Source: a virus
Strand: one strand, 5' to 3'
DNA length: 64,000 nt
IMG/VR virus record: IMGVR_UViG_3300027754_004232
Coordinates: 28,194 to 92,193 of that record
The first letter of the stretch is position 1. The number at the start of each line of letters is the position of its first letter. The notes beneath the pieces were generated by a model. That model made no database searches. It was not told the DNA's origin and was given only the letters and a program-made list of their open reading frames with translations. Positions 10,107 through 20,036 of the stretch are shown piece after piece. A program made the translations under genes and the position numbers.

Positions 10107-11732
10107 ATGACAAAAACATACAAGTTTTCATGCGGTTGTAGTTTTCCAATAATTGGAGATCCTTTAACCAAAAATTCTTTGCCTCTAATGGAAGTAGACC
10201 CAACCAATCTACCTTCTTGCGATATTGCTTGGGATATATTTTCTAGAGGCGATACAAAAGGAATTTTTCAATTAGAGTCAGATCTTGGAAAACAGTGGTC
10301 TAAGAAATTAAGACCAAAGACTGTTGAACATTTAACTGCTCTTGGAGCACTGATAAGGCCAGGAGCTTTGCGTTCTGTTGACGATAAGGGCGTTAGTATG
10401 ACCGCACATTATTGTCGTATTGTAAATGGAGAAGAACAGATTTCATCTTATCATCCTATTGTTGATGAAGCACTTAAATCAACATACGGATCGCTTGTTT
10501 TCCAAGAACAGGCAATGGAACTTTCTAGGGTTATCGCTGGATTCACTTTACAAGAGGCAGATATGCTTCGTAAAGCAATGGGAAAGAAATCATCTAGCGA
10601 AATGGCAAAATGTAAAAAGATGTTTATTGAGGGTGCTAAAAAAATAGAGGTTGTTTCAGAAGATCAAGCCGAAGAAATATTTGGATGGATTGAACAGAGT
10701 CAAAAATATTCCTTTAATCGCAGTCACAGTTGTTGTTATGGTTTAATTGGATATGATACCGCTTATTTAAAGAGTCACTTTCCAGTTCAATTCTTTACTA
10801 GCTGGCTTTATTTTGCTAAAGACAAGGCAGATAGCCAACTTGAAATATCAGATCTAATTGAAGATGCAAAAAAATTTAACATAATTGTTGAGCCTCCAGA
10901 TTTAATGATGCTAAATAGCAATTTCTATACTGATGGAATATCAATTTGGTTTGGTATTACTGATGTAAAAGGAATTGGCCAATCTCAATTTGAAAAAATT
11001 AAGCTCGCTATAAATAATTATGGCAAAAGCATAGATTCTTGGGAAGAATTTGTTGTTAAATGTTCTGATGAAATGCCAAAATCAAGTATTGAAAAATTAA
11101 TTGCTGTTAATGGACTAAGAAAATTTGGAAGCAAAAGGAAGGTTCTTCTTGCAGAATTTAATGCTTGGTGTGAATTAACAGATAAAGAAAGAGAATGGAT
11201 AAAAGCCAATGCTGAAATCACTAACATATCAGATATGATTTTAAACTCAGCAAACACAAAAAAAGAAGGTGGTTGTTGTTCCTCAGTCAAAAGAGTTGAG
11301 GTTTTAAAAAGCATTGCCTCTATGATTAAAAATCCTCCTTCTCCATTAATAGATATTCCAAGTTGGGTTTGTTGGATTGAAAAGGACTCTTTAGGGATTT
11401 CTTTAACATATAATGCTACAGATTCCTGCGATACAAGTAGTTCAAATACTACATGCAAAGAATACTTAGATGGAAAGAATGGTTATATGGTTTTTGGTGT
11501 TGAAGTAAGAAGGTCTAAAGAAGTACTTACAAAAGCTGGAAAAACACCGGGATCTAGAATGGCATTTTTATCAATATCTGATGCTACTGGAAAAATAGAT
11601 GATGTTATCTGTTTTCCAAACTCGTACAAAGATTTTGCTTCTTTGTTAAAAGAGGGTAATACAGTCTTGATTCAAGGTGAACGAGACAAAAAAAGTGACT
11701 CTCTTTTAGTTAAAACTGTTGTTCAAATTTAG
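10107..11732 (+). CDS. dnaE: DNA polymerase III alpha (DnaE), C-terminal part: fingers, HhH and OB fold
   Basis: GIFQLES, ALIRPG, TYG.LVFQEQ, ADMLRKAMGKK, YSFNRSH, HhH VKGIG, OB-fold MAFLSISDATG. Confidence 0.92.
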   Translation: MTKTYKFSCGCSFPIIGDPLTKNSLPLMEVDPTNLPSCDIAWDIFSRGDTKGIFQLESDLGKQWSKKLRPKTVEHLTALGALIRPGALRSVDDKGVSMTAHYCRIVNGEEQISSYHPIVDEALKSTYGSLVFQEQAMELSRVIAGFTLQEADMLRKAMGKKSSSEMAKCKKMFIEGAKKIEVVSEDQAEEIFGWIEQSQKYSFNRSHSCCYGLIGYDTAYLKSHFPVQFFTSWLYFAKDKADSQLEISDLIEDAKKFNIIVEPPDLMMLNSNFYTDGISIWFGITDVKGIGQSQFEKIKLAINNYGKSIDSWEEFVVKCSDEMPKSSIEKLIAVNGLRKFGSKRKVLLAEFNAWCELTDKEREWIKANAEITNISDMILNSANTKKEGGCCSSVKRVEVLKSIASMIKNPPSPLIDIPSWVCWIEKDSLGISLTYNATDSCDTSSSNTTCKEYLDGKNGYMVFGVEVRRSKEVLTKAGKTPGSRMAFLSISDATGKIDDVICFPNSYKDFASLLKEGNTVLIQGERDKKSDSLLVKTVVQI

Positions 11733-11741
11733 GAGATAGAA

Positions 11742-12125
11742 ATGAATATTTGTTCTTTCCTTGGCAAGCTAACTAGAGAACCAGAACTTATAAAATTAAA
11801 CAACGGAAAATCTGTTGTTAACTTTTGTATTTCGGTTAGAAACCCATCTAAAAATCAAGAAAAACCAGAAATGACTTTTATTGATTGTGTTGCTTGGGAA
11901 AAAACTGCTGATTTGATTGGTAAGTATTTTAAAAAAGGTTCTAGAATTTTGGTGCATACTTCTGCTAAAACAGAAAGTTGGGTAGATAAAGAAAATGGCA
12001 AAAACAGGCATAAAATTAAATTTATAGTTCAAAAATTTTGGTATGTAGATCAGAAATCAAACGATGAAGAAGAACAAACGGAAGTATTTGTAGAAGAAGA
12101 AGATTTTGGCAATCAAATACTATAG
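11742..12125 (+). CDS. ssb: Single-stranded DNA-binding protein
   Basis: MN...LGKLTREPEL, TFIDCVAWEKTAD...KKGS, acidic tail. AGGAG Shine-Dalgarno upstream. Confidence 0.92.
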   Translation: MNICSFLGKLTREPELIKLNNGKSVVNFCISVRNPSKNQEKPEMTFIDCVAWEKTADLIGKYFKKGSRILVHTSAKTESWVDKENGKNRHKIKFIVQKFWYVDQKSNDEEEQTEVFVEEEDFGNQIL

Positions 12126-12133
12126 GAATTAAA

Positions 12134-13633
12134 ATGTCAAAAAAACGAATACTCCTGTGCGGTGAAGCTACATTTATAAACTCTGGATATGCCAACTATG
12201 GTTGCCAGATTATGAATAGGCTTTATCAAACAGGAGAATTTGAATTGGCAGAAATAGGGTGTTTTGGTAAAGATCATTCATCAGTTCCAAAACCACCTTG
12301 GAAAATATACTATCCAAAGGAAGATAATGGGGCTGGAAGATTCGGATCTTCTATTTTTGAAGATGTTCTTCTGGAATTTAAACCAGATGTAGTATGGTCT
12401 TTTAGAGATCCTTGGATTGATGATTTTATTGGAGATTCGCCTTACAAGAGACATTTTCATTGGGCTTATATGCCAACCATTGATTCTATTCCACTAGATC
12501 CAGAATGGATATACACATTAACTAAGGCAGATTCCATATTTACATATTCAGATTGGGCATTAGATATACTTAAAGAAAATTACCCAAATTTAAATTTAAT
12601 TTCTTCTGCATCTCCAGCAGCAGACGAAGTATTTACAATGATTAAAGACAAGAAAGAATTTAAAAAATCTCATGGCTTAGATCCAGACTGTTTAATAATC
12701 GGTTCTGTTATGAGAAATCAAAAAAGAAAACTTATTCCAGATCTTTTTGATGCATTTGAAATGTTGTTGGATCAAGCACCAAAAGAGATATCTTCAAAAT
12801 TAATTCTATATATGCACACTACTTATCCAGATGTTGGTTGGGATATACCAAAATTAATAGCAGAAAGACCAAAAATATCAAAAAAATTATTCTTTACATA
12901 TAGTTGTAGAGTTTGTTTTAACATATCAATATCAAATTTTAATGGTGCAATTATACAATGCAATCATTGCAAAAAAACATCTTCTTTGTTTCCTAATACA
13001 AGTTCTGGTGCAAAAAGAGACTCTATGGCAATGGTGTATAATCTAATGGATCTATATGTTCAGTATTCTTGTGCAGAAGGGTTTGGAATGCCATTAGTTG
13101 AAGCAGCTTCTTGTGGAGTTCCTATTTGTGCTACAGATTATAGTGCCATGTACGATATAGTTAGAAAACTTGATGGTTTTCCAATAAAGGTACAGAGAAT
13201 GCATTATGAGGTTGAAACACATAGAAAGTTTGCACTACCAGACAATCAAAATTTTGTAGATATTTGTATTAAATATTTTAAACAGCCAGAATCAGTAAGA
13301 AAGTTTAAGTCTAATAAAACATTAAATTTAGCAAAAGAAAAATATAGTTATGATGCTGTTTCAGAAAAGTTAAAAAATCACTTTTTATCTATACCAAGCT
13401 CAAATACATGGAATGAACCAAAAAGGTATATGAGTATATCTTCACAAATATTATTTGAAAATAATTCAGATTTTTTAAAACAGTTGCTAAAATGTTTTAA
13501 TGATGATTTTTCTCTTTTGTTTTCAAAGTTTTTAAAAAAAATGAATTACAACATGTCTTCTAAAGAAGATGTATGCAAGGAAGTAGAAAAAATAGTATCT
13601 AAATATAACCATTATGAATCTATAAGGAACTAG
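12134..13633 (+). CDS. GT-B (GT4-like) glycosyltransferase with inserted Zn ribbon
   Basis: SGYA, RNQKRK, YNLMDLYVQYSCAEGFGMPLVEAASCGVP. CRVC...CNHC insertion. Confidence 0.88.
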   Translation: MSKKRILLCGEATFINSGYANYGCQIMNRLYQTGEFELAEIGCFGKDHSSVPKPPWKIYYPKEDNGAGRFGSSIFEDVLLEFKPDVVWSFRDPWIDDFIGDSPYKRHFHWAYMPTIDSIPLDPEWIYTLTKADSIFTYSDWALDILKENYPNLNLISSASPAADEVFTMIKDKKEFKKSHGLDPDCLIIGSVMRNQKRKLIPDLFDAFEMLLDQAPKEISSKLILYMHTTYPDVGWDIPKLIAERPKISKKLFFTYSCRVCFNISISNFNGAIIQCNHCKKTSSLFPNTSSGAKRDSMAMVYNLMDLYVQYSCAEGFGMPLVEAASCGVPICATDYSAMYDIVRKLDGFPIKVQRMHYEVETHRKFALPDNQNFVDICIKYFKQPESVRKFKSNKTLNLAKEKYSYDAVSEKLKNHFLSIPSSNTWNEPKRYMSISSQILFENNSDFLKQLLKCFNDDFSLLFSKFLKKMNYNMSSKEDVCKEVEKIVSKYNHYESIRN

Positions 13634-13634
13634 A

Positions 13635-14774
13635 ATGAAAGTTCTTTACATTGGAAATTACAGAGATGGAACTGGATATGGTCAAGCTGCTGAAGATTAT
13701 ATATTATCTTTAGATTCAGTTGGCGTAAATGTTGTTTGTAGACCATTGAAGTTCAATGAATTAAATCACACGCCACACAAAAGAGTAGAAGAGTTAGAAA
13801 AAAAATCGATAGATAATTGTAATGTTGTTATTCAACACACTCTTCCAACTCATATGCAATATGATTCAAATTTTGATTTAAATATAGCACTTTTTGCTCA
13901 TGAAACATCTTCATTTAGAATGGCTGGCTGGCAAAACCATTTAAATAATATGGATTGTTGTGTTGTTATAAATAATGAAATGATTGAATCATGCAGAAAT
14001 AGTGGAGTAAAAGTTCCAATATATGTTGTTCCTCATGCTAGAGATTTTTCTATTTATACTGAAAAATTTGAAAAGTTAAAACAGATAGAAGACAATACTT
14101 TTAAAAATGATTTTATCTTTTATACTATTGGAGAACAGAAAAGAAGAAAGAATTTATCGTCATTATTAAAAGCATATTTTTTAGAGTTTTCAAGAGATGA
14201 AAATGTTTGCTTAATAGTAAAAACAAATCACGATGACAAAGAAGACTTTGTTAAATACTGCAATTCTATTTCCTCTGGACTTAATGTCAAAAGACCACCT
14301 AGAGTATTTTGTATAAAAGAAAGATTATCAAATAACGCTATATATAAACTGCATAATTCATGCGATGCTTTTGTACAAGCATCTTATGGTGAAGCTTGGA
14401 GTATACCAGCATTTGATGCAATGGGTTTTGGAAAGACACCTATTGTAACTAATTGCTCTGGTTACAAAGACTATTTGAATGACAATGTTGGATGGATGGT
14501 TGATTGCCATAAGGAATTTGTTTTCGGTCAAGAAAGGATTCTTAATGGCATTTACGATGGTTCTGAATATTGGTGGTCAATTGATATTCATGACTTAAGA
14601 AGGAAGATGAGAGATTGTTATTCGATGGAGGATATCAGAAAATCTAAGGCTACTTCTGCTTTAGATCGTGCCTACGAATTCTCCCACGAAAAAGTGGGTT
14701 TAAAATTTTTAAAGGTGATCAAACATGCCTCCAAAAAAGAAAAAACAAACTTGGGTAGACATTGCAAACTATAA
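13635..14774 (+). CDS. GT-B (GT4-like) glycosyltransferase
   Basis: TGYGQAA, RRKNL, CDAFVQASYGEAWSIPAFDAMGFGKTPI. Confidence 0.85.
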   Translation: MKVLYIGNYRDGTGYGQAAEDYILSLDSVGVNVVCRPLKFNELNHTPHKRVEELEKKSIDNCNVVIQHTLPTHMQYDSNFDLNIALFAHETSSFRMAGWQNHLNNMDCCVVINNEMIESCRNSGVKVPIYVVPHARDFSIYTEKFEKLKQIEDNTFKNDFIFYTIGEQKRRKNLSSLLKAYFLEFSRDENVCLIVKTNHDDKEDFVKYCNSISSGLNVKRPPRVFCIKERLSNNAIYKLHNSCDAFVQASYGEAWSIPAFDAMGFGKTPIVTNCSGYKDYLNDNVGWMVDCHKEFVFGQERILNGIYDGSEYWWSIDIHDLRRKMRDCYSMEDIRKSKATSALDRAYEFSHEKVGLKFLKVIKHASKKEKTNLGRHCKL

Positions 14775-15459
14775 AGAAGAACCAACAGAACTTTCTTGGA
14801 AGGAAGAAAGAGATAAGTCAGTTGAAGAAGAAAAGACGAATCAAATAAAAGGAAAAACAAAAAATCAAGATATTTATATAGAAGCAATTGAAAAACACAC
14901 GCTTACAATATGTTCTGGTCCTGCTGGTGCAGGGAAAACATTTATAGCTTGTGGTGTTGCTGCTGGATTGTTGATGCAGAAAAAAATAGAAAAAATTATT
15001 ATAGCTAGACCATTAATTGAATGCGGGCAAAAGATTGGTGCTTTTCCAGGCGATTTAAAAGAAAAAACTGAACCTTTTATGGTTGCCATGCTTGAGGCAA
15101 TCGGTAATTTTGTAACAAAAACAAAAATGAAAGCAATAAGAAATGATCAGATATTAGAAATATGTCCTCTTGAATTAATGAGAGGAAGAACATTTAATGA
15201 CTCTATGATTATTTTAGATGAAGCACAAAATGCCACAAGACGGCAATTAAAAATGTTTTTAACTAGGTTTGGTCAAAATTCAAAAGTTGTTGTTTGTGGT
15301 GATCACACACAAACAGACTTGCCTCACTACGAAGGAAATACTATGGAGTGGATTTTAGAAAAACTTAATCATAAAGATATTGCTAAAGTGTTCCTGACTG
15401 GTGATGATATACAAAGGCATGGGCTTATTAAATATATCGTTGAGCAGTTAGGGGAATAA
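14725..15459 (+). CDS. phoH: PhoH-family ATPase
   Basis: GPAGAGKT, RP, MRGRTF, ILDEAQN, LTRFG, GD..Q.D, RH. Confidence 0.93.
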   Translation: MPPKKKKQTWVDIANYKEEPTELSWKEERDKSVEEEKTNQIKGKTKNQDIYIEAIEKHTLTICSGPAGAGKTFIACGVAAGLLMQKKIEKIIIARPLIECGQKIGAFPGDLKEKTEPFMVAMLEAIGNFVTKTKMKAIRNDQILEICPLELMRGRTFNDSMIILDEAQNATRRQLKMFLTRFGQNSKVVVCGDHTQTDLPHYEGNTMEWILEKLNHKDIAKVFLTGDDIQRHGLIKYIVEQLGE

Positions 15460-16455
15460 ATGCATTCTGCATTAAGTAATATAATAAGGTCATCCACTAG
15501 AAAAAGTGGGGATAGACTTAAGATACTTACATTTTCAACGCATGAAAGATATCAGTCTAATATGGCTGATATCAATGCTGATTTTTGGGTCATAAACAAT
15601 CCAAAAATTAAAGCTTGGAATACTCAATATGCAGAAGTTCCAAAAAACCATAAGCTATTAAATAATATAGATAAAATATCTGATATTCCAAACTATCTAG
15701 TTTTTGATGCTATTTTAAGCCATGAAAAATTTATGCAATTTAATATAGCATCGATTATATCTAAACATTTACACATACCATTAATATGCCTAGAACATGT
15801 ATGCATGACAGAAACAAGAACTTCATTAAAGAAAAAACTTGGCAATACAAATATATTTATTTCTGAATATTCTGTAAAATCTTGGGATTTTAAGGAAGAA
15901 CATGAAGTTATTAATCATGGGGTTGACACTAAGGTTTTTAACAATAAAAAAATAAAAAGAGAAAACAACATTTTGAGTGTCGTTAATGATTGGCAAAATA
16001 GAGATTATGAATGTGGATTTACATTGTGGCAGACAATAACCAAGGATATGCCAGTAGTTGTAATTGGCAATAATCCTGATCTTTCTGAACCAGCTAAAAA
16101 TATCGATGATTTAGTTAATGGCTATAATAGATCTAGTATATTTTTAAACACATCAATATTTAGTCCGCTACCAACTACTTTAATAGAAGCTATGGCATGT
16201 GGTTGTTGTGTTGTTACTACTGCAAATGGTATGTGTCCAGAGATAATTAAAAATGGCGTAAATGGATTTATTTCAAATGATGAAGAAGAACTTAAATTGT
16301 TTTTGAATAATTGTTTGGAAGATCCTTCTTTGTGCAGAAAAATGGGAGAAGAAGCAAGAAAAACAATAGTTGAAAATTTTTCTTTAAAATCTTTTACGAA
16401 TAGATGGAATGAAGTTTTACAGAAGGCAGTAACCAAAAACTGGTGGGAACTATGA
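15460..16455 (+). CDS. GT-B (GT4-like) glycosyltransferase
   Basis: INHGVD, FLNTS...P..LIEAMACG, IIKNGVNGFI. Confidence 0.88.
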   Translation: MHSALSNIIRSSTRKSGDRLKILTFSTHERYQSNMADINADFWVINNPKIKAWNTQYAEVPKNHKLLNNIDKISDIPNYLVFDAILSHEKFMQFNIASIISKHLHIPLICLEHVCMTETRTSLKKKLGNTNIFISEYSVKSWDFKEEHEVINHGVDTKVFNNKKIKRENNILSVVNDWQNRDYECGFTLWQTITKDMPVVVIGNNPDLSEPAKNIDDLVNGYNRSSIFLNTSIFSPLPTTLIEAMACGCCVVTTANGMCPEIIKNGVNGFISNDEEELKLFLNNCLEDPSLCRKMGEEARKTIVENFSLKSFTNRWNEVLQKAVTKNWWEL

Positions 16456-16931
16456 AAATAAATATAGGAATACCATTCTTTATAGAAGATGTTGAAGATA
16501 GTGAGTTTACATATATAAGCCCATTTCCAACATCGTCTAATAGTGTTTTGTATTGTCATTATCAAGATTTAAGTAAAATTGCAGATGATGGTGAGTTAGA
16601 TGCTATCTCTTGCAAAAGAGTTTTAAATTTTATAAGTCATTTAGAAATAAAAGACACTATTAAACATTGGTGCAAAAAATTAAAGCATGAAGGAAAATTA
16701 TTTCTATTTTTTGAAGATATTATTGAATTATGTAGATTGGTAACAATTGGAACTATTAAAGAAGAAGATATTTCACAATATATTTATGGCGGTCAAGAAG
16801 AAGGATGGAATTTTAAAAAATCTGGATTTACAATACCTTTTATAAAAAATATACTTGTAGAAAATGATATGATAATAGAGAATGTCAAGCTTGACTCATT
16901 TTATTGCTATATAGAATCAAGGAGAAAATAA
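16443..16931 (+). CDS. SAM-dependent methyltransferase-like protein (divergent)
   Basis: INIG, D...IADDGELDAI, WCKKLKHEGKL, resembling small class-I methyltransferase-like proteins in glycan loci. Confidence 0.55.
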   Translation: MGTMKINIGIPFFIEDVEDSEFTYISPFPTSSNSVLYCHYQDLSKIADDGELDAISCKRVLNFISHLEIKDTIKHWCKKLKHEGKLFLFFEDIIELCRLVTIGTIKEEDISQYIYGGQEEGWNFKKSGFTIPFIKNILVENDMIIENVKLDSFYCYIESRRK

Positions 16932-17749
16932 TGCTAGGAAGTGTTCATACATCATGTAAAGATTGTGCGTTTGCCATTTATTCTGATAAAACTCAAACAG
17001 ATTGCTCTTTTGATAAAATAAAAAAGCTTAAAGAAAATGGTGTTGCTGTAGATGAATCGTTTGATGAAGAAAAGGAATTTTTTGTAATTAATAATCATGC
17101 TTGCATGACATATAGACCAATATCTTTTTTAGAAGGAAAAACATTTGAAGAAGCAAAGCAAAGTGCTAGAGAAAGATGTTCAGTTAGAGTCGGCTGTTTA
17201 GTTATGATAAAAGAAAGCGAAGAAAATTTAATTAGAATTATAGATAGTATTTGCAATCAAACCAAACAATTTAGCGAAGTAATTTTTTGTGCTAATCCAG
17301 AAGTTCAACCATCAAAAATAATGAAAGTTCTTAATGATAAAAAAGTAACATTTAAATGGTCTATTAGGCATATAGTTGATGGTGAATATGTTGGTGATGT
17401 TTCTATGAATGTAGCAATGCAAAAAACAAATTGCATATACATGTCTGTTTTCACCTCCGATTTTATTATACCAAATAGATTTGTAGAAGAAATTGATATT
17501 GCCTTGAATGACAACATGCAAAGATTCCTATTGTTAGAACCGATTGATTCTCAGAACAATGGTCTTACTTTTCAATCTTTTATATTTAATTTCTTGCGTG
17601 GAAACGAAGAAGCTGTTGTTGATGATGATTCAGAAAAACCAGCAAACACTATTGTTGAAAAAATAAAATATATTGCAACAACGCAAAACCTTACTTCCAT
17701 GATTAAAAAGTGTGAAGACATATGTCCATGCATAATAAGCCAAGGGTAA
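16931..17749 (+). CDS. Hypothetical protein: Cys-rich N-terminus plus degenerate GT2-like domain
   Basis: CKDC..C..C N-terminus. IIDSICNQTKQFSEVIF resembles a GT-A N-terminus. Confidence 0.45.
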   Translation: MLGSVHTSCKDCAFAIYSDKTQTDCSFDKIKKLKENGVAVDESFDEEKEFFVINNHACMTYRPISFLEGKTFEEAKQSARERCSVRVGCLVMIKESEENLIRIIDSICNQTKQFSEVIFCANPEVQPSKIMKVLNDKKVTFKWSIRHIVDGEYVGDVSMNVAMQKTNCIYMSVFTSDFIIPNRFVEEIDIALNDNMQRFLLLEPIDSQNNGLTFQSFIFNFLRGNEEAVVDDDSEKPANTIVEKIKYIATTQNLTSMIKKCEDICPCIISQG

Positions 17750-18492
17750 CTGTAGTTGTACCAAATTACAATTATGGTCATTGGATAGAAAGCTGCCTAG
17801 ACAGTGTGGCTAATGATCCGTATGACAGTAAAAGCATTGTAGTTATTGATGATGGATCTACAGATAATTCAGCACAAAACATATACAATTTAATAACTAA
17901 TCCAAAACCCTTTTTAGAAAATGAAGTCTCTGGAATAGTTGGAACATATAAAGATTATGATTTTAAAATAAAATTAATTGCTGCAAATGCATCTAAAGGT
18001 CCATCAGCAGCTAGAAACATTGGAATAAAATCTTGTTTTGATGAAACAGATTTCTTTTCATTTATTGATTCAGATGACATGCACATTGCTGGAAAAATAA
18101 AAAAAACAGTTAAAAAAATGATTGAACATCAAAACTATGTTGGTGTTGTGTATTGTGACTATGAAAATTTATATGTAGACAACAATAGGGTTCATCAACA
18201 ATATAAAGAACCATTCTGCTCAGAAAGATTGCTTTCAGAGTGCATAATTCCACCACATAGTTTGGTTGCTAAGTATGCAATTGAAGACTCTGGTTTTTTT
18301 GACGAAGAAATGCGTGTAGCAGAAGATTACGATTGGTGGATAAGAATAGCTAAGAAATTCGTTTGTTATCATATACCAGAAAAATATGTAATCATGAGAA
18401 CAGGAAAGTACAATTCTTCCAATACAGTAGAAAAAAATGTATGGATTAAAAATTGGGCAAGAATAAGAGACAAAATAAGTAATGGCTCATAA
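17722..18492 (+). CDS. GT-A (GT2) glycosyltransferase
   Basis: VTVVVPNYN, VIDDGSTD, GPSAARNIG, FIDSDD, FDE...AEDYDWWIR. Confidence 0.92.
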   Translation: MSMHNKPRVTVVVPNYNYGHWIESCLDSVANDPYDSKSIVVIDDGSTDNSAQNIYNLITNPKPFLENEVSGIVGTYKDYDFKIKLIAANASKGPSAARNIGIKSCFDETDFFSFIDSDDMHIAGKIKKTVKKMIEHQNYVGVVYCDYENLYVDNNRVHQQYKEPFCSERLLSECIIPPHSLVAKYAIEDSGFFDEEMRVAEDYDWWIRIAKKFVCYHIPEKYVIMRTGKYNSSNTVEKNVWIKNWARIRDKISNGS

Positions 18493-19168
18493 ACTTGGGG
18501 TTGTTATATTAGCTGCTGGCCTTGGCAAAAGAATGAAGGCATATGGTCCTAAATCGGCTATTGGTATATCGTCAGATCAAACAGTTATAGGAAGACAAAT
18601 AAGTATAATTCAATCATGTTTTCCAAAATACGAAATAACTGTGATAGTAGGGTTTCAAAAAGATAAAGTATTAGAAAAAATGCCTTCTTTAATTTCATAT
18701 ATAGAAAACAAAAGTTACGAATCTACCAACACATCAATGTCTGTCAATTTAGCTTTAAGCAGGAATAACTACTCAAAACTTTTAATAATTTATGGGGATC
18801 TTGTTTTTACAGACGAGATTTTTAAAGAAACACCAAAAAACAATTCTTGGGTTGCTATAGACAATGAAAAAAATCAAAGGTCTATGGAGGTTGGAGTTAA
18901 TGTAGTTGATAACAATGTTGTTCATTTTTCTTATGGTATAAGTCCAAAGTGGGGCCATATAGCTATGCTCACTGGAAATGAATTGCTTCTTTATAAAAAA
19001 ATAACAAATAATGAAAGATCACATAAGAAATTTTGCTTTGAAATTTTTAATGAAATAATAGATCAGTCTGGTATATTTAAAGCTCATAGGAATAACAACT
19101 GGAAAATGGTTGAGATAGATACTTCCAAAGATATAGATAGAGCAAAGAAACTAGTGAAAAGAGGTTAA
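18482..19168 (+). CDS. Sugar or phosphocholine nucleotidyltransferase (NTP transferase family)
   Basis: VILAAGLGKRM...PK, IIYGDL, EIDT..D. Confidence 0.85.
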   Translation: MAHKLGVVILAAGLGKRMKAYGPKSAIGISSDQTVIGRQISIIQSCFPKYEITVIVGFQKDKVLEKMPSLISYIENKSYESTNTSMSVNLALSRNNYSKLLIIYGDLVFTDEIFKETPKNNSWVAIDNEKNQRSMEVGVNVVDNNVVHFSYGISPKWGHIAMLTGNELLLYKKITNNERSHKKFCFEIFNEIIDQSGIFKAHRNNNWKMVEIDTSKDIDRAKKLVKRG

Positions 19169-19169
19169 G

Positions 19170-20036
19170 ATGAATATTCTTTGTGTTTATGGGGAACAAT
19201 TAAACATAGAAGAGTTCTCAGGTTGGGGAAAAGCATTTATATCTTGTGGACATGATTTTCTATTCTTTAAGCAAAAAGAAAAATCAATTTTAGATGCATT
19301 TTACGAAAAAAAACCAGATTTATTTATTGCATGTGAATCAGCATTTGATAGAGCTACAAAAAAAGCAATAAATCTTTATCCAAAATGCAAGGTTGTTATA
19401 TTTTATAAAAACGCTTCTTTTTTAGAAAATAAAAATTTTCATGATAATGTTTATTGTTTTAATAATTTTGATCCATCCGTAGATATCTATCCTTTGCTCA
19501 AAGGAAAATCAAAGACAAACTTAATTTCTGACATTAATTATGTTGGTGAATACATAGATGATAATGACAATGTTATTTTAAACACCCTATCTGAAAATGG
19601 TTTTATTGTTAAGGTATGGGGAGATAAGAAGTGGCCATATAGACAGTATTTAGGAAAGGCAAAGGAAAATCTAGTTAAAGATATTATAATGTCTTGCTCC
19701 TTGTCTGTTTCTTCTGATTTATTTTCTGGTGAAATTTGGCCTTTAAAGGTGTTCGCATCTGGAAAACCATGTATACTGTATAGATCGGCTAAGACGAAAA
19801 ATTTGATAAATGCAGATAATTTTAATTATGAAGATGAAGAATCGTTTTTTAAAGCTATTATAGACTTGCTTCAAAATCCAGATTCTTTAAATGACGAAGT
19901 AGAAAGAATAAATAAAGATGTAAGGAATAATCATACATCGCATAATAGAGTAGCAAAACTTTTTAATCTATTGAGTATGGAACAGGAGTCAGATAAATGT
20001 CTATTGGAATTAAAGAAAATTCTAGAGAAGTATTAA
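19170..20036 (+). CDS. CgeB-like / GT-B glycosyltransferase-like protein
   Basis: SDINYVG, VWG..W, and HTSHNRV near the C-terminus, as in CgeB-type proteins. Confidence 0.55.
   Translation: MNILCVYGEQLNIEEFSGWGKAFISCGHDFLFFKQKEKSILDAFYEKKPDLFIACESAFDRATKKAINLYPKCKVVIFYKNASFLENKNFHDNVYCFNNFDPSVDIYPLLKGKSKTNLISDINYVGEYIDDNDNVILNTLSENGFIVKVWGDKKWPYRQYLGKAKENLVKDIIMSCSLSVSSDLFSGEIWPLKVFASGKPCILYRSAKTKNLINADNFNYEDEESFFKAIIDLLQNPDSLNDEVERINKDVRNNHTSHNRVAKLFNLLSMEQESDKCLLELKKILEKY

Noticed and set aside
9150-10230. Split intein joining the two DnaE halves
   Set aside because: The N-half has only ~10 aa after its last Cys, and the C-half has no His-Asn followed by Cys/Ser/Thr near its start. No Hint motifs are visible.
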